A DNA stretch of 64,000 nucleotides, taken from Adineta vaga. Taxonomy: Eukaryota; Animalia; Rotifera. Position 1 is the stretch's first letter. Every line of letters begins with the position of its first letter. The stretch spans positions 8,308,001 to 8,372,000 of the forward strand of contig CP075497.1 in the NCBI GenBank assembly GCA_021613535.1, written 5' to 3'. The translations under genes and the position numbers were made by a program. Below the pieces are notes generated by a model. That model saw only the letters and a list, made by a program, of their open reading frames with translations, had not been told where the DNA came from and did no database searches. Shown piece by piece: positions 25,440 through 39,763 of this stretch.

Positions 25440-26864
25440 TCAAATGCGCGGTTTGCCATACATTTCTCCATCAAAATCGTCTCCTTCTAATGAAGTAGCG
25501 ATGATGTCACTGTCGTCACTTTTCTTTCGACTATTCCGTTCACTATCAGTACATCTTTTTTCAATTGCTTGTTCGATTCTTTTGATAAGTTCTTGATTGA
25601 TCATGTTGATAATATCTGGATCTTCATTTTCTCGAAAACACCATTTGGTATCTATTTTTCCATTGGTACATGGTTCACAAAAACAACGATCATATTTTTT
25701 GTTCAAATAATTCATGTACAACCAACATAATAAACAAGGCATTTTTGAAATTCCTATTTCAATATCTTGTAAACCATTTGTTTCATTGATATTCATATTT
25801 AATAAATAATTAATAAGTAATATTTCTGCATGAATATGAACGGATTGATTAGGATTATTATCAATTCTTTTTAATTTATCTAAATATTTATTATAAAATG
25901 TTTCACTTTTCATATTTGATAAAATATCTCATAAATCTCCATCTGCTAAATGACATAAGTTTGTAAAAATATTTTCGAAAGCTTGTCTTGGAGTAATAGA
26001 TAAATATTTAATTGTTTCAATTGATGAAATAAGTTTCCATGAAATATTTTTATACAGATCAATAACATAATTTGTACGAATATGTAAATATTTTAAAAGC
26101 ATATGTAATGAACGATCATGTGCTGATATTTTTTCAAAATAATAAACACCTGCACCAGTATTTTCATCTAAATGATTCAACATAAATTGAAATAAACGTG
26201 ATGAATAAAGAATCGTAGCAAGCTGTGTTGCTAATGATAATTGATGATCAGTTGGATTTTCTTTGTTATCAATTAATTGTTCACGAATGGTAATGAATTC
26301 GGCAAGTTGATCAAATAAGAATTGAACATAATCTTCTTCCGATCGATTTTTCGTAATTAAAAAAAGTTTTTCAGTCATTAAAGGACGTTCCTTGTACAGC
26401 TTTGAATTTGATTGAAGTTCTGATATAAAGAGGTCTTTTTCTTTTTGGTTCGATCGGAGCATTTTTTGTAATTGATCAACGATCATTTCATTTCGACCAA
26501 TAAAACGATGGATGATTTTTTTCGAATTGTATTCTAAAACATGACATCGTAATTGAACTCGAACTTCGTCAGCTATTTGTTTGTTATTGCTGAAACATAA
26601 ATTAGCATAAATTCGTATTAAACGAAAAAACCCATTAAAATATCTTTCATCATTAGCTGCAATTGGATCATTTCTGCTAATCAAAACACATTGTTCACCT
26701 TGATAAACATAAACTGCTGTACATTATGCATTTCCATTTAGAATTAATGCTAAACTTGAAAGAAATTTGGATCTTTCTGTACGATATGATGGTCGTATCT
26801 TTTCAGAAGAATAACATAAAGATTCACAAAGATAAATATGACTGAGAACAGTTGAGTTATTCAT
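25440..26864 (-). pseudogene. OTT_1508-like nucleic-acid/nucleotide deaminase, intronless 475-codon frame with two in-frame stops (TAA 26726-26724, TGA 25931-25929)
   Basis: ATG at 26864 is in frame with ORFs 25929-26684 and 25440-25913. Motifs HIHAEILLI and IGISKMPCLLC; N-terminal FLSSLALIL...TAV...ISRN. Confidence 0.75.
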
Positions 26865-28801
26865 TTGAAAATCTGAAAAAGAATTGAAAATCAATTGAAA
26901 AGAATGACCTTAATATCAGTTAACCTACTTTTATATTTCTTCTCGAATATGTATACAAATGACAAATAAAGATATTGAAGATTGTATTATGAATTGCAAC
27001 TAAATAAGCTTGTGCTGTACTATGTTGAATATTGGTTGAAGATCTGAGAAAGTTAAAAAATAAGTTTAAATCGAAGAGAATGAAATTGTGATTAATCTAA
27101 TATTATTATTTGAACAAAACATGATCGCATCTCTATTGAATATGAAAAAGAAACAGAAGTATTCATGACGTAGTATGGAGTTCGTTTATATTGAGTAGTA
27201 TAAGGTATACACGTGAAAAATAAAGGAATAGTTGTTTGCTTGTTTGTTTTAGTGTAACTTGCAAAGAAGACAATATCAGATAAGTCAATACAAACGAAAT
27301 AAAAGCGAATGAATATAGTGTACATCAATGGACTACTCGGTCAATTCTAGACGTCACTACTAATATTCAACCGATAATTATTGATTATATTCATTTTCTT
27401 TTGTCCAATAAACCAACAAATATACTTTGTTTCTGTTTACAACCAAATGTGTCTAAGGGGTCAAACACACCAAAAATGATTCAAATCGACTTAATCAATA
27501 GAATTCACAGAAACTTTAAATCCGAGGACGAGATAAGTTACATTGTTCAGCGCTACATTCAAGGAATCGCTATATTGCATTAAACGCACATAGGCCTGTT
27601 TGAATAGAGAAAACGAATAGAAGGCGTTAATTTTTAACCTAGTGTAATACAGACACGATAGAAACACGTATTGATTTTGTTTCGTGATCTTTGAGATATA
27701 TATAACCATTTTCTCATCTCGTTTATATCTACTGAAAACTTATTCAATTTCAAGATGATTTGTATAAATATAAATATATTTGATTCTAAGATACTATAAT
27801 AAGGCAATAAAAGTATTGATAATACAGACAATTGACTATTTGACAAATGACGTGTTTATTAAGTGAAGTGAAATCTAGCAAAAATTGTTGTGAGCTATTC
27901 GTCAGACTTTTTGTTCGATATAAATGCATACATATGAGAAAATTAAAAATAACATATTTCAATACATTGAACAAATTTCTTATCAATATGAATTGTGAGG
28001 CAATGATTTATCTCAATATTCTCCATCTGAGATGCATTTTTTTCTTTTTAAAACAGTTTTGCGCGAATTTGAAATACCACTATTATAGTGCTGGCAGTAA
28101 GAATGCACGAAATATCTTACAAAATGATGAATCTATTATGGCTATAGATTTTTAATCACAACCATTAATAGACACTATGATTCATCTTCATCGTGAGTAA
28201 TACGAAATATTAATGAGTTCGTGGGCGAATTCTCTGGAATGGACTTATCAATACAGAAACATTTCCAATTTATTAGTTCAATTCTTAATAAATGTCTCGA
28301 TATTTGGAAAAGAAACAGCATAAGAGATATAATCTCATAATATTCCCTCCATCACTGAGAACCTAAATATACGTAACATATGTTCAATACAGAAAAAAAT
28401 TATTCCTTTTTTTTCAACAGTCAATTATACTGCTCTACATGAGTTTCCTTCAACGGATGAGAGAGAGACGATATGAACATGCGTAGCAGAATAGATATTT
28501 CTGTCTAAAATCATGTGGAAATGAAAAGAGGTCATTCTCTTCTTTCGTTTAATCTTTTTCAATCGGTTGTATACACGTGGTTTTATTATCATTTTGGCTG
28601 CGTATGACCTATTCTGTATTTGTTTTTCGCCTTTGAGCGTATATTATATTATACGACTTATGAAAAATTTTTTTCTTTTTGCTTATCTTCATGTCACGTA
28701 TGATCTGAAATGAATAATAATGCTTATGCATTTACTTAGTTCGTAGAAAACACGTCAGAGAAATAAAAAAAACTCTATTTTTTTCTATTTTTTTCTTAAT
28801 A

Positions 28802-30308
28802 AGGTGCACGCAATGCAAAAGTCGAGTGAAATTTATTTTCATTTTTGTTGCGCATGGTTTGATAGAGCGTGAGTTGCCAATCACGATGAACTACTTTTTA
28901 TCCTTTCTAGAAGCTATTTTGTAGTCAAAAATCGCAAAATCCTTGAAAAACCCGAGTTCTCCCCAAAATCATGTTTTTGGACGAAATATGCAAAAACGAC
29001 TATTTTTCGGTTCTCGGAAATTCTTGAAAACATTTTGTTTTAGATTCACCATCAAAAACTGATTCTAGAAAAGCTCTGAAATCATTGTTACTCCAAAAAT
29101 TTTTCAAAGGGTGATATTTCTGATATGTTCCACTACACTACTAATAGGTGGATCTTGTAAACCTATCTACTTTTTGTGGGGAGGTGCGGGAGCGAATTTT
29201 TTTTTAATTCTCATACTAGCCTCTATAAAAGTACGCATCGCTTTTGTTTTCATCTGTTTTCTTTCTGGAGAAAAGTTCACTTCACTGATGGAGTCTATGG
29301 TCTTTTATATTTCAAATTGAATTTAAAAAAAATCGCACCCCATTCATACATATACCGCGGAACTTGGAGATCTAAAAGAACAACACCTTCCACAACGACG
29401 AGCATCAGAGATATTACATTTCATACGGAATCAATATTAGAGTGGAAACCATACCCGTAGTATAGTGCTCAAAACTAGAACTCAAGTATTCAACTATTTA
29501 GTTACCTATTTATGCAACTGTTCAGTTATTCCATTACACCCACCCACACCCACACCCTCTATGGAATCATCACGTCAGCAGGATGATTTGTCGCAAATTC
29601 TTGGACCAGCACCACATGTTATCACTGGAAAAACTGCATCTGGCTCTTCTATTACAGTTGGTTTGAACAGTTCGGATGATTTTGACGCGTATCTGTCATC
29701 ATTCCAATGATAGTAAACCGTATTTTTTTTATAATGGTTTCCTTTTTTGGATACAATAAAGAGAAGAAGAAAAAAAATGAAAATTTTGTAATAAAATTTT
29801 ACTATTGCCTATACCATCCGTAAAGTGAACTTTTCTCCAGAAAGAAAACAGATGAAAACAAAAGCTATGCATACTTTCATAGAGGCTAGTATGAGGATTA
29901 AAACAAAACTAAATTCGCTCCTGCACCTCCCCACAAAAAGTAGATAGGTTTACAAGATCCACCTATTAGTAGTGTAGTGGAACATGTGAGAAACATCACC
30001 ATTTGAAAAATTTTTGGGGTAACAATGATTTCAGAGCTTTTCTAGAATCAGTTTTTGATGGTGAATCTAAAACAAAATGTTTTCAAGAACTTCCGAGAAC
30101 CGAAAAATAGTCGTTTTTGCATATTTCGTCCAAAAACATGATTTTGGGGAGAACTCGGGTTTTTCAAGGATTTTGCGATTTTTGACTACAAAATAGCTTC
30201 TAGAAAGGATAAAAAGTAGTTCATCGTGATCAGCAGCTCACGCTCTATCAAACCATGCGCAACAAAAATGAAAATAAATTTCACTCGACTTTTGCATTGC
30301 GAGCACCT
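28802..30308. mobile_element. Non-autonomous DNA transposon (foldback/MITE-like) with ~490-bp terminal inverted repeats and TA flanks
   Basis: Arms ~28802-29292 and ~29813-30308 are reverse complements with scattered mismatches. TA at 28800-28801 and 30309-30310. The ~520-bp spacer has no transposase. Confidence 0.92.
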
Positions 30309-30588
30309 TATATCAATACATGTTATCGTCGTCTTTGTCGATGTTCTATCCGAGTATCATTTTATTCATTTGTGTTTTATCTGTGACTATATGTCAAAAG
30401 TGATCTTTCCAGTTGTGTATCTGTAACATGATCAAAACTTTCAATCGAACATGACATTTAGGTTTTGAAAAAGTCTGAATAGTTGTGAAACAGTTGATTT
30501 CAGTTCTACTGATTAATCTTTTCAATGTATTTAGTTATAATACTATCAGATGTTAAAATCTTTATTTTTTTATCAATAATAATTTGTT

Positions 30589-31018
30589 TTAAAGTATAGC
30601 AATTGATAACCATCCAGCTAGAAGAAGAAATCCACCATATGGTGTTACACGTCGAAATTGTGGATCATTTCTTATTGCATGATAGTAAATCGGACCACAA
30701 AAGAGTGACATTCCACCAAGAAATAATAGACCGGTGATCTTTGGTCGAGAGACTAATGGAACAGCTAGTAACGCGGCGGAATGAAGAATATGATATGTTT
30801 GAGCCAATTGAAATAACTACGAAGACAAATTAATTTTAAAATAAAACAAAGACAATGCAATGATCATTTCATAATTTTACTCGTCGAAGTTCATCTGGAG
30901 TATTGTCTTTCATAATATGAGCACCATAAACACCTAGACATATCGCCAATGTTCCTGATAAACCTGCACAACGAATGAAATTTTTCATTGTTGAAGAAAG
31001 TGTTAGTCTGGAAGACAT
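30589..31018 (-). CDS. TMEM256: TMEM256/DUF423 small membrane protein; 2 exons
   Basis: AGLSGTLAICLGVYGAH, AQTYHILHSAALL, GMSLFCGPIYYHA, VTPYGGFLLLAGWL. Confidence 0.92.
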
Positions 31019-31299
31019 GATTTGATCCGATTGCTTAGATGATAAAGGAGAAAAAATTCTAGAATAAGATTTATTTTTATTGAATTTCATTTGATTAAAA
31101 TCAAAGTTTAAAACACACACCCAAAGAATTTCAAAAATCTTTTTATCCACCGAACAATATCTCGAATAAATAATATATACATATTATTCAGATAAAATAA
31201 AATCTGCAATAGTTAAACAATTTTGTTTTCACATTAAAAGAAAACTAAATTTTTCATTCCTTATTGATACAAAAACACAATGACAATTAGAATGCGAAT

Positions 31300-34200
31300 T
31301 TATCGATGTTTTGATGCTTTCCACTGTTCAATGGTACGTTTCAATTCGACTTGTGGTATGACATCTTGCATACGTAAAGGTTTTCGGTTGAATGGATCTG
31401 TTTGATCACTAATTAAGAAATGAAGAAAACGTTATTTTTTTCATCATTCATAAACATTTCAATATATTCAAACCTAAGTAAATGTCGTTGAATCGTTGTA
31501 CGATCCAAAATCTTTCGTGAAATTGGTAACATAACCGGATCACTCATTAATGTATCAGTAATTGGATCAAGATATTCTTCCGGTGCATCATTATACATAC
31601 CATCGTCATCTTTCTGTTGTGCTGCTATTTTCTGAAACAACAAAGTAAACGATGTTATAAATAAACGAATAGAGAATATAAATTTTACTTTGATATGTTC
31701 ACCGAGTTGAAGAAATGCAGTGATACGTTCAGGTGGATGTCGAATACGTTCGAGAACTTCAATTGCTTGTGGAAAAAGTTGTTCATTGTATGACCTATCG
31801 AATAAATTATTTGTTTGATTTCATTAAGAAAATTGAGTCTTACATTCCATCATTGGAAACAGCTGCACAGAATCGATCGTATTTAGCAAAATTTAAATAA
31901 ATATCTGTTACTTTTGCGACGAGTTTTTGTGGTTCAAACAGATATTCTTTTAAATCACGTACTTTTAAATTTTGCCGTTTTGGTCCTACCTAAATATATT
32001 GTCGATCTATAATTGATGAATAGATAAATTGAATCAAACAAACTAAATGTTGAAGAAAATAGTTAAGCATTGCAGCAAGTCGTTCACAAATAGTTGGATG
32101 ACAAAATATCGATTGAATTTCTTGTGTTATCATATCGAGAATGACAAGCTAGAATGAAAACGATTCATGAAAGATAAAACTAAGAATAAGATTGTTTTAA
32201 TTAACTGTTTTAATGCTCATTATATTCATATATCGAGCAGTTCGACCCGTATTTCGAAAAGTATTTTCAAGTTCTTCTCGTTGTTGTTCTGGTAGATTAT
32301 CCCATTCACCAGACTCTTTTGATTCTTGATTAGATTTTAGTCGTGTCATATACTAAAGAAATTGATATTTAATCGAAGAAATTCTCTATTCAGAATTGTT
32401 ATTTACTGTTAATGCTTCATCCAATAAGAAATTTGCATCATTCATTAATAAATTAATAAATCGTAAGAATAAAGGAGCTTCCGCATCTTCAATATGACGT
32501 TCAGCCGATGAAGCAAGTTTCTAAAACGAATCAAATCAATTCTTGTATTCGCTTAAATAAAAAATATAAGTTTCGAACTTGAAATTTCACTCGTTGTTTT
32601 TCATATTTCCAAAGATATTCAAGAATTTCATACATTGGCCGACGATAATTAAATTTCTGATCAAATGCTACTGCTTGTCCAGTTAATTCAATCGATACAA
32701 ATACATCCAGAAGAACACGTGGTAAATGTTCAATAAATGGATGTTCTTTAAATATTGCTTCAGCTACCGAACTAATCGATAAAAACAAAAATTGAATGTA
32801 GAATTGATCAATTTTTAAAACTTATACATACAAACTTCGACTATTATTCGATTTATCACATGATAAAATAGTTTCAAATACTTCCGCTAATGAAGCACGT
32901 AAATGAGGATTACGTAATCGATTAGCATCACCCATAAAGACTAATATAAAATTCACATATTCATTAATCGATGATGCTATTGACTAAATTGAAAGATACA
33001 ACAGAAAAGTATGAAAAACGTTCGAATAGAAGAAAAAACTTACTTGAAAATATTCTTCATTATATTGACCAAGAAATTTTAAATAACAAATGATATTTTC
33101 TACAACAAATTCTGGAATATAACTCAATTGTCGATTAGGTTTGAATTTTAATGGTAATTTTTGAATAACATTTAATTTTTCTTCAACTATAGTATTTGAA
33201 TTTGTTGAAGGTATCAATGCTAGATGAACAAGCCATGTACATGTAGCTGTAAATAAAGCATTCGATAATTCTAATAAACAAGGTTCATTTAATACACTTC
33301 TGATATTGAAATATATCGTAAGATCTATTTATAAAATAATTAGATAATTTTTATCGATACGAACGTTTTACCTTTCTCCATAGCATCATCTAATTGTCTG
33401 GTATTTTCATGGTTTTTTCCGTAAGAATTAACAGACTTATCATAAGCTTCTCGTATACGAGGTATTTCATCATTGATCTAAATGAATTGTGTCTTTTCAA
33501 TATTCAGAAATATTCTTTCGATTTTCAAATCTACTTTTCCTAAAATTCGACGAAGTCTATTGATTGAATATGAATAACTTAAATGTGCCATAAAAAAACT
33601 TTCAGTAATAAAATTAAATGTAACATCAGAAATTTTAACATTCTGATCATTTTCTTCTCGAGGTATGATTGATGTTTGTTTATACAATTCTACAAATGAA
33701 AAAACTTATAATCTAAATCGCTTTTCAATAGAAAAATGAATTACCTTTTAAATGAACATGTTTAGTTTGATTGATACAATAGATCGGATTAATTTTTAAT
33801 AATTTTAGAGAATAAGGTTCTGCAAATGGTCTTGTAAGATGAAGAAGAATTATATTTAAATTGAGAATAAAACCATCACTAACAAATACAAAACCAATAA
33901 ATGGATCACGTGGTGTCCAGTCTTTATTCTTTTCTGAAGTAAACAATCCAACTCTCTGCATTTAATACATAAAAACAAAATCATTACCTTGATTTTCATA
34001 CAAACAATCACCAATCCACTGTAGTACATAATTTCGTACATCTGCATTTTTGACAATTGCTTTAAATAATAGAGTTAAATTCTCTTGATAGATTTTTATT
34101 GGCTAAAAAATAACAAGATTGAATAACCGATGATTTATCTTTACAATTACTTGACAAATTGTATTCGCCATTATTTCTATATCACGTTCATTCATTGGTT

Positions 34201-35191
34201 TAGGTTTATCAAAGAAAATATAAGGTTTGTCAGGTGATGATGGTAAACTTGATTTGCATAGAAAACTACCAATTAATGTATCTTGAAATGTTCTACCATT
34301 AGCAGAATGTATTTGATGAGATATCGACAAGCGATTCGATAATGTTTTTGGATGTGAAATGTGAAAAATAATCTAAATGAAGAAGTAATTAAACTATTCA
34401 AATGTATGATCTTCATTCTACGAACTTGAACCAATCCTGACCATTGAGATAAATAGATTAATACAGAAATATAAGTTATTAATTCATTAGAAAAATAATC
34501 TAATGATTGAATATTTTGATACATATAACGAAAAATATTTTCATAAAAGTTTCGAATTTCATCAGTTATTGATCTTAATAGTTCATTATTGACTTCATCG
34601 ATATATTCACATAATAATTTATTATCTTGAAAAACAATCTTAATTAATATGAATACAGAAAACTTTGTTTCTTCTTACCACGAGATTCAACTAATAATTC
34701 TAACCATTGTTTAGATAAGTTTTGACCATCATATATATCTGGTAATGTAATTGCTGTTTTACTATGATCAATAAATAGTTTTCGAAGATCATTGAATATT
34801 TCTTGGAATTCATTCTATATGAAAATAAATATTGATTACAAGATCAATATCTTTGGAAACTTATTACTCGTTCTCGTGCTAATCGTTGATAACATGCGGA
34901 TAAGTAGTACAAACAACGATTTTCAGTAATATTTTCATGTCTTTCTAAAGATCTGTTAGTATTCGTCGATGAAATAAGATGACTCGATGGATCAATCATA
35001 CGAAGACGTTCAAATAATGCTTGATCGATTCGAGTTTTCGTCCATTTTTTCGAATTTGTTGATGCTGTTTCAGGTAAATATACATTTGAACCGTTTGATG
35101 GTTCTTCATTAATTGTACAGAGGAGAACAGATTCTAGAACATCTTTGTATAGAAGACTATCAACTGTTGCTACGATTGATGATCTGGGCAT
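31300..35191 (-). CDS. UBE4A: U-box ubiquitin conjugation factor E4 A (Ufd2 family); many exons
   Basis: [54 protein letters not shown]; U-box [38 protein letters not shown]. Confidence 0.92.
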
Positions 35192-35696
35192 AATAATTTC
35201 CTTTAAAAACCACTTTAAAAAAAATAAATTGTGATATGTTCGGAAGTACAGAACCGAGAATTTTCTTTCATTCATTTATTCGTTCGTTTACAATAATTTT
35301 GAATATTGCAGGTAAATGAAAAGATGTCACTAGAGATTTAAAAAGAAACTTATTTCATTTTCTCAATATTGCATTTTTACATGCCGCTAACCAAAGGAAT
35401 TCATCGTTATTTATCAATAGACAAATATGATTACTTATAGAAGATTCAGTTTGTTGTGCAAATATCTAATGATTTAATTTTTAATATCCACATTCTATCG
35501 TGCATCTACCGAGCAAGATGATGTAGAAATTATTCATTATTTTACGTTTTCATACTTCTATGAAACATTCCATTGAAAATATTGATACTATTTGTTTTCC
35601 TTACAGTTTGTATTGAAAATAAAAGTGTAACTTAGATGTACAAAAACTCACAAAAACTTCTTTTTTTCAAAAATTAAAACAAGAAAAAACAACAAT

Positions 35697-37410
35697 TTAT
35701 TTAGGTACATGATGTACACCAAAGACTCTCCATCCTGATGATGAACCATCCATCGTTGGTTGCTGTTGATGCTGAGGCGATCTACGCCAATGACTAGTTG
35801 GTTTAAGTAATGATGGAAATGTATAGAGTGAAGTTAATGGAGGAGGTTGCGATGGTTCTACAAGACTTGGTCGAGAATTATTTCTTGTTGAAGCTTGATA
35901 ATCTTTATATGTATAGGTTTGGGATGGATTAGTTGTAGTTTGTTTATCGGAAGGAATGACTGTATTAGAATTATAACGTTGAAGACTTGGGAAAGGACTG
36001 AAAGGTAAAGATGTGATTGAAAATAAATAACAAGAAATCTTACTTATTTTCATTGAATAAATTTGGATATGTGCGAGAAATATGTGATGCTGAATGACTC
36101 GTTGCATCTTTGTATACAAAAAATAGATATAAAGAAAAAAATGCAAGATTCGTTTCTCATACTTGTTCGAATGGGTTCATTCAATGGAGGTTTTTGATCG
36201 TAAGGATTGATGTAGGATGTTGGATACGCAGAGAATAGTTTACGTTCATTATTTACCGGTGAAGGTCTAATTAAATTAAGTAGAAGTTTTCAAAACTTTA
36301 TCATTTTGAAATAATTCCTACGCAATAATTGTTGCTTGCCGTCGATTATTGAGCAATTCATTTTCATCTGATTTGGTTCGTACTCGAGTATTTGCATATC
36401 CATCCGTTTGTTCTGGACACGGTCGACGATATGCTTGCTGTTTCTCTGATGGTAATAATAAGGATGTTAATTCTGGTCGTCGAAAATTATCAACAGGAAC
36501 ATTATTATCATGAAATCGTCTAGATGCAGATGATTTTCGACTTTGTATGACTGTAAAGAAAAATAAATCTATAAAAGACTTGTTCTCTCATACATTTCTT
36601 TTCTTTTTCATATACTTGGTGCTCGATTAAAAAATGCATTAAAGACAACGAAATTATTCACTTGACGAATTGGAGCTGATAAATGATAATGTTTCTGAAG
36701 AAATCCTAAACATTTATTGGACGGACGATCAATAGCTAATTCATATGCATTACATTTTTCAAACTAGAATAAAACATATTTTAGTCAAATGAAAGTCATC
36801 ATCAAAACCATTATCTTTACTTCTAACATTGCTTCAAATAATTTCTTTCCATAACCTGATCTCTGTTTACTTTCATGAACATAAAAATCTAATAAACATA
36901 ATGGAGTACGTTCATGAACTTGACCATGTGAATCATAAACATATAAATGTTTTGCACCAACCTTCAACAATCCAACAACAGAACCTAAATTACTAGAAAA
37001 ACAAACCAATATGGAATCGATGTTTCGAATAATAACTTTTTCTCTATATACTTATGATCACTGGCATTTTTCATAAGATATAAACGATGATCCGATATAC
37101 GAAATTTTCGTACCGTAGTCACTGGACCAGGTAATCCTTGTGCCTAAATAAGATTGAAGAAGTATATCTATCGAATAGATTGAGATGATTCTACTTTATA
37201 AGAAGCCTCGCCGAGTGCATCAATAATAGATGTCAATTTTTCTGAAGCTCTAAAACATAAAAAACGATCGAAACATGTAATTAGAAGAAATCAACTGAAT
37301 ATTACATACAACATTCTAGCTGTTTGTCCATGATTAAGAATACGAAAATCTCCATTTAATATAGTAATTTCTTGTGTTAAAACAGCATTAATATCAAACG
37401 GAAATTCCAT
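35697..37410 (-). CDS. ATAT1: Alpha-tubulin N-acetyltransferase 1 (MEC-17)
   Basis: MEFPFDIN start, [68 protein letters not shown]; low-complexity tail. Confidence 0.93.
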
Positions 37411-38099
37411 CGTGAGAATTCTTCTTTTTCACTTCAAAAAGAATTGCATACAATTACCATATGAATGTAGCCATTACAGTTGTTATTACTCTGAGCAACA
37501 ACCTCTCTCATTCTTTTCTTTCAAATGAAAGCATAGAATAACTATGCTCATAAAAGTTCTATTTGTATTCTATACTGATCAATAGACATGAAAGAAATCA
37601 TGTAATTCTTTATTAAACACGAAAGCATATTTAAATTTAAAAAAACGACAGGATTTCTAAAACGTTTTCTACTAAACTAAAATCTTTACAATCAATTAGA
37701 TTGTTGATCGGCAAACTCCAGTAATCTTTTACTTGCTCTAATATGCAAGAAATAGAAAAGTGTATTTGCAAATGAAGCATGAATCGTTTTCTTTCTTGTT
37801 TCATTTATTATAATCTGTTTAACCTATGTTTGATTATCAAATGAAATTAGATAACTGAATCAACCACACTCAATAATTTATAAATAAGATGAAGAGAAAA
37901 ATATAAAATAATCAAAGAATATTATTTTAACTATGAAGAAAACATTCATTGCTAAGGTGGATATAAAAAGTTATCAAAGTAAAAAGGAATAACAAGTAAT
38001 CCTTCACAGTAAATTTATGTTTGTTTTATCTGACATGTTGGTCTAGGATTATTTGATAACCGTTGTTATTGATGTTATGGTTTGATTTCTAGATAACAT

Positions 38100-39763
38100 T
38101 TAATTATTATTCATATTGGTCGAAGAGAAAAATTTATCCATTTTGACTGATAATTTCTCAAGATCAGCATTAACTTTAACATCCAATTTCAAATAAGTTA
38201 CTGTAGATGTTTGGCGAACACTTAAAATTCTTGTCAATGGTTCAATCTGAGCATAACCATCACTATTCAGACGAACTGTTGTCCATGTTAATAAATCAAA
38301 TCGAGCAGAATTTCGTGGACCACGTGAATGAGGTAATCCTATACAAAAATCAATGAAGATTCAAAATTCTTTCTCTTTGATCTGTCTTTCTTTACCGATA
38401 TAAATAGCTAATTCATAATTTGGTCGAACAACACACATTCGTCGTTGAATAAGTCGTAATGCTAAATCATCATCTTCACCGCCCCATCCCCAATATAAAT
38501 TTGAGAATCCATTCAATGTTTTATACATATCAAATGATAGTAGAAGAACTCCACCAATTAAAAATTCATAATATCTTATATAACCACGTGTCGAACCAAG
38601 TTCTCGTACACGTGATGTCGTATGTTTAGGATACCTTGTCTCACATGTATAAAAATTTTTATCATCTTCAGGTATTAAATCAACATCATGTAAGATTAAA
38701 CATGTAATATTTATGGTTTGCTTTTGAAGATAACGAACAGCTGTATTGAATAATCGACCTTTATTAAATTGTGTACCACCTGGTAAAACCTAAGAATGAA
38801 ACGTTTAAAATCTATTTTTCATGAATAGATGGTATCTATTTATGCTCTCAAGTATCATATTTCACTTTTTTTATATGACATCATAACGTAGATTAAATAT
38901 TTTTGTTATTATTATCTCGAAAAATATGTGGAAATAATTCCAGTCAATAAAATCGCGTAAAAAATCAGACATTTACTTTTACTTGAAGTGTATTTCAAGA
39001 GCAATTTTGATTGAATAGGTAAGAAAACATCTCTCGAAAGTTTTTCTCGATATATTTGAATAGAAATTCTATATATATAGTAAAAGACTGCAATCGTTTA
39101 AATCAGTTGAGATGATTCATATTTTACCTGCTCAATAAGTAAAATGATATAGGTAAGCTGTTGTCTTCTAAGAAATGCATGCATGTTAAATAGAAACGCT
39201 TTCGCATTATATTGTCGTCCTTGTAATGGTACTAAGATAGCTGTGCGTTGAGTAGATATTACACCAGTTGGATACCACATTCCATCATGAAATTTATATG
39301 GGATATTTTCGAATGTAATATTTTTTGCATATGATGTTTCAATCGGTACACGATTCGATTTTTTATTCACTAAAATTTTTGTATAGAAATGTTCAATATC
39401 ATCGAATGTTATATTTGTATGTGGTATAACATATGGAAATGGACCATGTAGATATTTCGAATATTTCGGATGAAAGTTGTTCAAATCTTTTGATGGATTA
39501 TCGAGTTTAAATGCTCGACAAGCAATAGATGTACGTAGAGCAAATTCTCGATAAGGTATAACAAGATAATTTGACGGAATCGTTGAAATTTTATTGGAAG
39601 ACGTATTTGAAGAATCTAAACAACTTGATTGTATGTCATACAATGGCGAAACGAATTGTTTTTGTTTGTCATGATATATAGTTGTTACTACAAGAAAAGA
39701 TATTGAAAGAATTGAAAGAATAAATGAAGGAAGAAGAAATCGACGCCAGCAAAATTTACGCAT
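38100..39763 (-). CDS. GT7 family beta-1,4-galactosyl/GalNAc-transferase, type II membrane protein; 3 exons
   Basis: N-terminal TM segment; TAILVP, FLRRQQLTY..IEQ, FNKGRLFN, CLILHDVDLIP, GFSNLYWGWGGEDDD. Confidence 0.9.

Noticed and set aside
29111-30426. Short ORFs in and beside the inverted-repeat element
   Set aside because: Non-ATG starts, no transposase motifs, and they overlap TIR arms or the CA-rich motif.
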